Source: a bacterium (lineage in GTDB: Bacteria > Auribacterota > UBA3054 > JAAYZF01). From it: a stretch of 57,093 nucleotides of DNA. Shown here piece after piece: positions 52,353 to 57,093 of the stretch; position 1 is the stretch's first letter; every line of letters begins with the position of its first letter. The notes under the pieces were generated by a model that was not told the DNA's origin, did not search any database, and saw only the letters and a list, made by a program, of their open reading frames with translations. Location: assembly GCA_012514975.1 (NCBI GenBank), contig JAAYZF010000122.1, positions 1-57,093 of the forward strand, in the 5' to 3' direction. The translations under genes were made by a program, and so were the position numbers.

Positions 52353-52796
52353 TCACAAGCCCCGCTGCCCGGGCTGGGAGAAGCGGATGACGCGCAGTTC
52401 GTCGCCGGTGATTTCGAACGTCACCCAGCGTGTGTGCCCGGGGAGCACCTCGGGAAAGCGTTCCGCCCACTCGACGATGCAGACAGCGCGGCCGGAGCAG
52501 TACTCGTCCCATCCGATATCGAACAATTCGCGCGCGTTCCTGATGCGGTAGAAGTCGAAGTGGTACACCGGGAACGCGGCGGTCAGATACTCCTGCACGA
52601 GGGCGAAGGTCGGGCTGCCCTGAAAGGTGTCGAGCCCGCCTTGCAGTGCGGCGATCACGCCGCGGGCGAACAGCGTTTTGCCCGCACCGAGCGGGCCGGA
52701 AAGCGCGATCACGTCGCCCGGCCGAATGGACGCAGCGAACGCTCTTGCCGTCTCGACCGTCTGCTGCGGCGACCGCGTTTCAGAGCTCTGGTCCAA
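52353..52796 (-). CDS. tsaE: tRNA t6A37 biosynthesis ATPase TsaE (YjeE)
   Basis: GDVIALSGPLGAGKTLFARG (Walker A), SPTFALV and YHFDFYR are present. Confidence 0.88.
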   Translation of the reverse strand: MDQSSETRSPQQTVETARAFAASIRPGDVIALSGPLGAGKTLFARGVIAALQGGLDTFQGSPTFALVQEYLTAAFPVYHFDFYRIRNARELFDIGWDEYCSGRAVCIVEWAERFPEVLPGHTRWVTFEITGDELRVIRFSQPGQRGL

Positions 52797-53745
52797 AGTG
52801 GTCGAATCCCCGTGGTGTCAGTTTTCCGCCGTCGATGAACACGCCTGGCGCGCCCTTTCTCACTTCGCCAATGACACTCAGCGTCACACTGAATTTCCTC
52901 GCGAATATCCCTGTTTCCCTGCCGGAGATCCTCCCGGCAGGGAAACAGCAGAGGAGCTCGAAATCCTCGCCTTCGTGCAACGCGGCATCAAGCGAGCTGC
53001 CGCGCGCGACGGGGATTGCCGCCGCATCAAGATGCAGCGCGACGCCGCTGGCGCACGCCATCCGCTGCGCATCGAGCGCCAGCCCGTCGCTCAGGTCCAT
53101 CATTGACGACGGCTGTGCGTGAGAGACGAGCCAGCGGGCTTCGGCGGCCCGCGGCATGAAATCAAGATGCCTGCCGCTGGCGAACGAACCGCCGAGCCGC
53201 CCTGTAACGGCCACGAGGTCACCTGGCCGCGCGCCGGAGCGGTAGCACACGCGCGACGGTTCGACACGGCCGCGCAAAGCAATCGTGATCGAAAGCGCCG
53301 GGCCGCCCACGGTGTCGCCGCCCACCACGGTCACGCCGTGCGCGCCAGCCATTTCAGCGATTCCCGCCATGAGCCGCCCGACGAAGGCAAGAGGCTCGCG
53401 GCCCGTCAGCGTCAGCGAGACAACGGCATGCATGGGAATCCCGCCCATGGCGGCGATATCGCTGATGTTCACCGCGAGCGCCTTCCGGCCAATCCGCCCC
53501 GGCGGCGTGGCGGGGGCGAAATGTGTTCCTTCAACGATCGTGTCGATCGCAAGCAGCTCAAGCCACCCGCGCCCGGCGGGCGCGAGCACGGCGGCATCGT
53601 CATCAATGCCGCGGACGACCCCGGGCGCAGGCCGTGCGCCGCCCGAGAACAGGCGCCGGGCGCGCGCGATGATGCGTTCCTCGCCCGCGCCGGAGACGGT
53701 GCTAGTCTTGCGGCGCGATGAGTGCAGTGACAGGAAAGCGGGCAT
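52780..53745 (-). CDS. thiL: Thiamine-monophosphate kinase
   Basis: GEERIIARARRLF, GIDDDAAVL, AIDTIVEGTHF, GRKALAVNISDIAAMGG, GGDTV and MMDLSDGLALD are present. ATG 53745 lies within ORF 52780..54162 and overlaps the upstream stop by 44 nt, so the start is tentative. Confidence 0.85.
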   Translation of the reverse strand: MPAFLSLHSSRRKTSTVSGAGEERIIARARRLFSGGARPAPGVVRGIDDDAAVLAPAGRGWLELLAIDTIVEGTHFAPATPPGRIGRKALAVNISDIAAMGGIPMHAVVSLTLTGREPLAFVGRLMAGIAEMAGAHGVTVVGGDTVGGPALSITIALRGRVEPSRVCYRSGARPGDLVAVTGRLGGSFASGRHLDFMPRAAEARWLVSHAQPSSMMDLSDGLALDAQRMACASGVALHLDAAAIPVARGSSLDAALHEGEDFELLCCFPAGRISGRETGIFARKFSVTLSVIGEVRKGAPGVFIDGGKLTPRGFDHFGPEL

Positions 53746-56434
53746 GGTCGCGTAGCGCGCTGTTAATCTGCGCGGGTGTAACGTTCCGCGCGTAGGTTTC
53801 AAACGAACGGGAATAGAGCGTGTCGTAGCCGAACTGCGCGTACAGGGCGATGTACTCGGCCGCGGCAGGCATGGCGGCGAGGCGCGCCTGGTGTTCGAAG
53901 AGCGCGCGGCGCCGCACGGCGTCCAGGAAACCGGCATCCGTGCCAAGCCGGTCTGCCGCACGCGCGACAAGCACCTGGATGCGCCGCGTTGCCTCCTGCC
54001 CGTGCGCAAGGGACACCGTGCAGTAGACGTACGCCCAGCCGCCGTCGTGGACGCGCGCGCCATCACAGCCTGCTGAGGCGATGACGGGCGTGTTCTCCAG
54101 GTCGCGCCATTCAGCGCGAAGCGCATCGAGTTCGGTGCGCAGGGCGGCACGGACGACATCAAGCAATGCGGGCGGGGCGTTCGTGTCGTTCATGCCGGGC
54201 AGCGGGATGCCGCATGTGACGAGCACGTCGTCGCGCGGCGCGGCGAACAGCGCTGCCGCGGCGTTGGTGCGCGCGGCGTCGGCGGGAAGGCGGACGGTCA
54301 GGTACGGCGGCGTGCCATGGAGCTGGAACACGCCATGGCTGATGAAGTAATCGCTCTTCTCGCGTTCGACGAACCGTTTCAGCGACGCACGGAATGCCGT
54401 TTCCACCGCCGCTTCGTCCACATCGCCCGCGATGAGAATGGTGGTGTTGCGCGGCGTGATGAAATCATGGTGCGTCCGCTCGAGCACGGAAAGCGCCATC
54501 CGGCGCAACGACGCAGGAGAGCCGAGCTCGTTAAGCCCGTACGGCCGGCTGGTGAACAGCAGCGAGCGGAACGCCAGATCGGCCAGCGAATACGCATTGT
54601 CCGCCTGTGCGCCCAGCGCGGCGGCGCCTGCGGCTATGGCGGCATCCAGGCCGGCGTTGTCGAACCGCGGCTCGCTCCACATCTCGGCGAGGAGCCGTGA
54701 CGCGGCAGGCGCATCGCCCGGCAGGCATTGTCCGAAGAGGACAAATGTGTTGGGCCGCACGGCGCTCTGCGGCGCAAGGCCTGCGGCGTCGCACGCGCGT
54801 GCAAGGTCTCCCGGTTCACGTGTTCGCGTGGCATGGCGCATGATTCGGCCGAGCGTGGCAAACGCGCCGTTGTCGTACTCGTTCTCGCACCACAGGCCGC
54901 CAATGGCGGAGAAGATGATGTTCACCGAAGGCGCGCCGGGCGCGGTGCGGAAGAGCAGGGTCACGCCGTTCTCGAGCATCACGCGGCGCAGGGGCGCCTG
55001 CTCGATCCCGAGCAGCGAGCGTTCCTGCGCAAGGAGCGCCTCTTCGGCGTCCGTGCGCATCGCGGACACACGCGGGCGGAGCACCACGACCGTCATCCGC
55101 TCGGGGCGCATCAACGAGGCGCACGCGGCGCGCACACGGCCGGGAGTGGCCGCGGCGATGCGTTCGATCGCTCCGTCGGGCAGCCGGGCATTCTGCGCGC
55201 ACAGGACGGCTGCGTTCATGTCTTCGGCAAGCGTTTCCACGGATGCCAGGCGTGCGGCGCGCGCAACCATGCACCGCTTCGCCGCGGCAATGATGTCCTC
55301 ATCACGCCAGTCGCATTCCGTCAGCGCTCCGAGCCAGGCGTTCACCGCCGCTGCCACACGGCCCGCGGCGGCAGGCGGGCAGGCGACCGTCACGAGCACG
55401 TACCCCTCGCCCGCAACGGGGCGCCATGTGTCCACGTCAGCCGCCACCGCTTCGCCGCATGCCATGCGCACTGCGTCGCCAAGGCTCTGTTCCTGCCGCG
55501 CGCGGCCAAACGCGCGGGACGGCGGGGTGAAAAGCGGCGCATCATGCCGCAGCAACGCCGCAATCACTTCCGCCTCGGCGGCGCCGGGCATGAATGCGCC
55601 CGCGGTAGACACCGCCACGCACACGTGCGCCTGTGTGATCGCCGCAAGGCGCTCGATCCGCCGCGGCCCGCCTGTCAGCGGGGACACGCAGGCGGGCAGC
55701 GCCGTGGCCGCACGCCGGCGGAACGCAGCAAACGCCGTCTTGATCTCCTGCGCCACTGCCTCGGGCGCCACATCGCCCGCAACAACCACGGACAGGCGGT
55801 CTGCCGTGTATTCCCGCGCATGGAAGCGCTTCAGATCGTCAACTTTCAGCCCGGCGTACTGCGCCGGCGCGCCCTCGATCGGGAAACGGAGCGGATCGTC
55901 AGGATGCACGCATTCGAGAAGGGCTTCCTTGAGCAGCGCCTTGACGTCCCGTTCCCTGGTGGCGGCGCGGCGGCCGGCCTGCTCGCGCACGGCGCGCCAG
56001 TCGTCAACGCTGAGCTGCGGCGCATTGAGCACAGCGGCTACGGCGCGCAGCGCTCCGCCCAGCGTGTCCCGCGGTGTCACAACGGAGAACCATGCGGCAT
56101 CGTGTGTTGAGCCGGCTGAAACAGACCCCATGTACGCTCCGGTCGCCTCCTCCGCGCGGAGCACCCGCATGATCTCGAGGAAGAGCATCTCACGCACCGC
56201 CTGGGCAAGCCCCGAGCCTGCATACGCCCCCTCGGCAAGCAGACCACCGCGAACGCTGATACGCACCGCCACCACCGGCGAGCCCGGCACGGCAGCGACA
56301 TGCACACCCAGGCCCGCATCGGTCACTTCCGTGTAGGCCGCCCGGCCCGCCGCGCCGCATGGCGCAACGGCCACGGCAGCGCACAAGGCCGCGGTGACAA
56401 GCGACCTGTATGTCAGGTGTGTACTCACGGGCAT
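53702..56434 (-). CDS. Two-unit M16 (pitrilysin/insulinase-like) family protein lacking the HxxEH zinc motif, 910 aa
   Basis: The signal peptide is LVTAALCAAVAVAPCGAAG. An M16-like N-terminal block appears twice. At the canonical position the protein reads GLAQAVREMLF instead of G.aHf.EHm.F. No H-x-x-E-H occurs anywhere in the protein. Confidence 0.7.
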   Translation of the reverse strand: MPVSTHLTYRSLVTAALCAAVAVAPCGAAGRAAYTEVTDAGLGVHVAAVPGSPVVAVRISVRGGLLAEGAYAGSGLAQAVREMLFLEIMRVLRAEEATGAYMGSVSAGSTHDAAWFSVVTPRDTLGGALRAVAAVLNAPQLSVDDWRAVREQAGRRAATRERDVKALLKEALLECVHPDDPLRFPIEGAPAQYAGLKVDDLKRFHAREYTADRLSVVVAGDVAPEAVAQEIKTAFAAFRRRAATALPACVSPLTGGPRRIERLAAITQAHVCVAVSTAGAFMPGAAEAEVIAALLRHDAPLFTPPSRAFGRARQEQSLGDAVRMACGEAVAADVDTWRPVAGEGYVLVTVACPPAAAGRVAAAVNAWLGALTECDWRDEDIIAAAKRCMVARAARLASVETLAEDMNAAVLCAQNARLPDGAIERIAAATPGRVRAACASLMRPERMTVVVLRPRVSAMRTDAEEALLAQERSLLGIEQAPLRRVMLENGVTLLFRTAPGAPSVNIIFSAIGGLWCENEYDNGAFATLGRIMRHATRTREPGDLARACDAAGLAPQSAVRPNTFVLFGQCLPGDAPAASRLLAEMWSEPRFDNAGLDAAIAAGAAALGAQADNAYSLADLAFRSLLFTSRPYGLNELGSPASLRRMALSVLERTHHDFITPRNTTILIAGDVDEAAVETAFRASLKRFVEREKSDYFISHGVFQLHGTPPYLTVRLPADAARTNAAAALFAAPRDDVLVTCGIPLPGMNDTNAPPALLDVVRAALRTELDALRAEWRDLENTPVIASAGCDGARVHDGGWAYVYCTVSLAHGQEATRRIQVLVARAADRLGTDAGFLDAVRRRALFEHQARLAAMPAAAEYIALYAQFGYDTLYSRSFETYARNVTPAQINSALRDHARFPVTALIAPQD

Positions 56435-56459
56435 GGCAGCCGTTCCACGTTAGTTGCAG

Positions 56460-56873
56460 CTAGAGATGGGCTCGCAGCGCCGACACCAGTTCCGGCGCCA
56501 CGCTCTTGTCAAGCGAGCCGTGCGGCCAGGGAATCCGCACCCCGTCATCCTCGTACCGCGGGATGACGTGCAGGTGCACGTGCGGCACAAGCTGGCCGGC
56601 AACGGCGCCGGAGTTCACAAGGATGTTCATGCCGTCGCACCGGAGGCCAGCACGCGCCGCGTGCGCGATCCGCGTCGCCAGGCGCATCATGTTCGCCATC
56701 GTCTCCGGCGGCGCATCAGTGACGCACTCGACGTGGCGTTTTGGCACGACGAGCACATGGCCCCGCGTCACAGGCATGATATCGAGGAACGCTATCTCGG
56801 CATCCGTCTCGGCAACCTTGTGGCACGGGATCGTCCCCGCGACTATCTTGCAGAAGATGCACTCTGTTGCCAT
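56460..56873 (-). CDS. HIT (histidine triad) family nucleotide hydrolase/transferase
   Basis: CIFCKIVAG, VLVVPKRH and the histidine triad HVHLHVIP are present. ATG 56873 lies within ORF 56460..57038. Confidence 0.9.
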   Translation of the reverse strand: MATECIFCKIVAGTIPCHKVAETDAEIAFLDIMPVTRGHVLVVPKRHVECVTDAPPETMANMMRLATRIAHAARAGLRCDGMNILVNSGAVAGQLVPHVHLHVIPRYEDDGVRIPWPHGSLDKSVAPELVSALRAHL

Positions 56874-56920
56874 GGTCTCTCGCCGCGCAGTGGTTATATC
56901 AGAACAGGTCTCGATTAAGT

Positions 56921-56950
56921 ATTGTAGTAGATACACGCCCAGAAAGCCAA
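56921..56950 (-). promoter_or_regulatory. Minus-strand promoter TTGGCT-N18-TACAAT upstream of the HIT gene
   Basis: The + strand reads ATTGTA at 56921-56926 and AGCCAA at 56945-56950. The region is AT-rich, ~50-75 nt upstream of ATG 56873. Confidence 0.45.
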
Positions 56951-56980
56951 TGCAGCGGCATTCCCGCACTGCTGTCCGGT

Positions 56981-57060
56981 AAAGAAAAGAAAAAAGAGAA
57001 CTCCTGAAGGAAGACTGGTAGAATATGGTTGGACCCAAAACCAGTAACCATCAGGAGTTC
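56981..57060 (-). terminator. Stem-loop (10-bp outer stem GAACTCCTGA/TCAGGAGTTC, inner ACTGG/CCAGT) followed on the minus strand by TCTTTTTTCTTTTCTTT: a candidate intrinsic terminator
   Basis: Stem arms lie at 56998-57007 and 57051-57060, and the T-run (minus strand) at 56981-56997. A minus-strand frame has a TAA stop at 57077..57075. An alternative reading is given in the findings. Confidence 0.45.
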
Positions 57061-57093
57061 AAAGTCATGGCACATTATAACACAATTCTGCAT

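Noticed and set aside
53746-54162. Upstream extension of the thiL ORF (460-aa version)
   Set aside because: It overlaps the 3' end of the M16-family gene in another frame. ThiL similarity begins at GEERIIARARRLF, just after ATG 53745.
54432-56336. 634-aa ORF (and a 460-aa ORF at 54728..56110) on the + strand
   Set aside because: Both are antisense to the M16-family gene. They are extremely Ser/Ala/Arg-rich with no motifs.
56899-57093. 64-aa ORF on the - strand at the window edge
   Set aside because: It runs through a hairpin/T-run and a promoter-like AT-rich region, has odd composition (FFFSL) and shows no motif. It is most likely non-coding.

Overview
GC-rich bacterial chromosomal window of 57,093 bp (composition judged by eye, not computed). 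All family calls come from motif recognition in the supplied translations; no database search was run.

Content:
- The window opens inside the distal end of a CRISPR array: 38-nt repeats ending ATTGAAAC, + strand orientation, decayed last repeat. There are no cas genes on this side.
- Housekeeping genes recognisable from conserved motifs: aroA, gatC-gatA-gatB, panB, hisI, trpE-trpG, pdxH, tldD-pmbA, ispA, tsaE, thiL, lemA-htpX and a HIT protein.
- Many secreted or surface proteins: a tight 4-gene prepilin-like (pseudopilin / PilX-N) operon, a GH28 hydrolase, a DUF3857/transglutaminase-like giant, and TPR/LysM lipoproteins.
- Four PEP-CTERM-tailed proteins: one clan-CD-peptidase-like, one beta-helix, one ~2,000-aa LTD/CotH protein and one of unknown type.
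- PEP-CTERM tails, abundant prepilin-type N-termini and LTD-CotH architecture suggest a PVC-type organism (Kiritimatiellota / Verrucomicrobiota / Lentisphaerota). This is inference only.

Best candidate for something undescribed is the 30.0-35.1 kb locus:
- A receiver-less sigma-54 enhancer-binding protein is transcribed divergently from an operon.
- The operon holds a B12-binding radical SAM domain fused in frame, with no stop codon, to a lipoprotein-signal M28 peptidase, followed by an alpha/beta-hydrolase.
- The intergenic region carries a perfect AT-rich palindrome embedded in a consensus promoter, a weak sigma-54-like site, and an unannotated 38-codon ORF coupled by ATGA overlap to the radical SAM start.

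Other points:
- A 5-copy TGGGGGAT motif cluster lies in a 520-bp intergenic region.
- A 3+3 complementary repeat leader lies upstream of trpE.
- A higB toxin remnant is present.
- An M16 peptidase homologue lacks HxxEH in both halves.
- A low-GC edge region has a hairpin plus T-run.
- Several near-consensus sigma-70 promoters with extended -10 (TGGTAtAAt-like) stand out from the GC-rich background and helped choose start codons.
- Many long ORFs in the track are antisense shadow ORFs typical of high-GC DNA and were not called.
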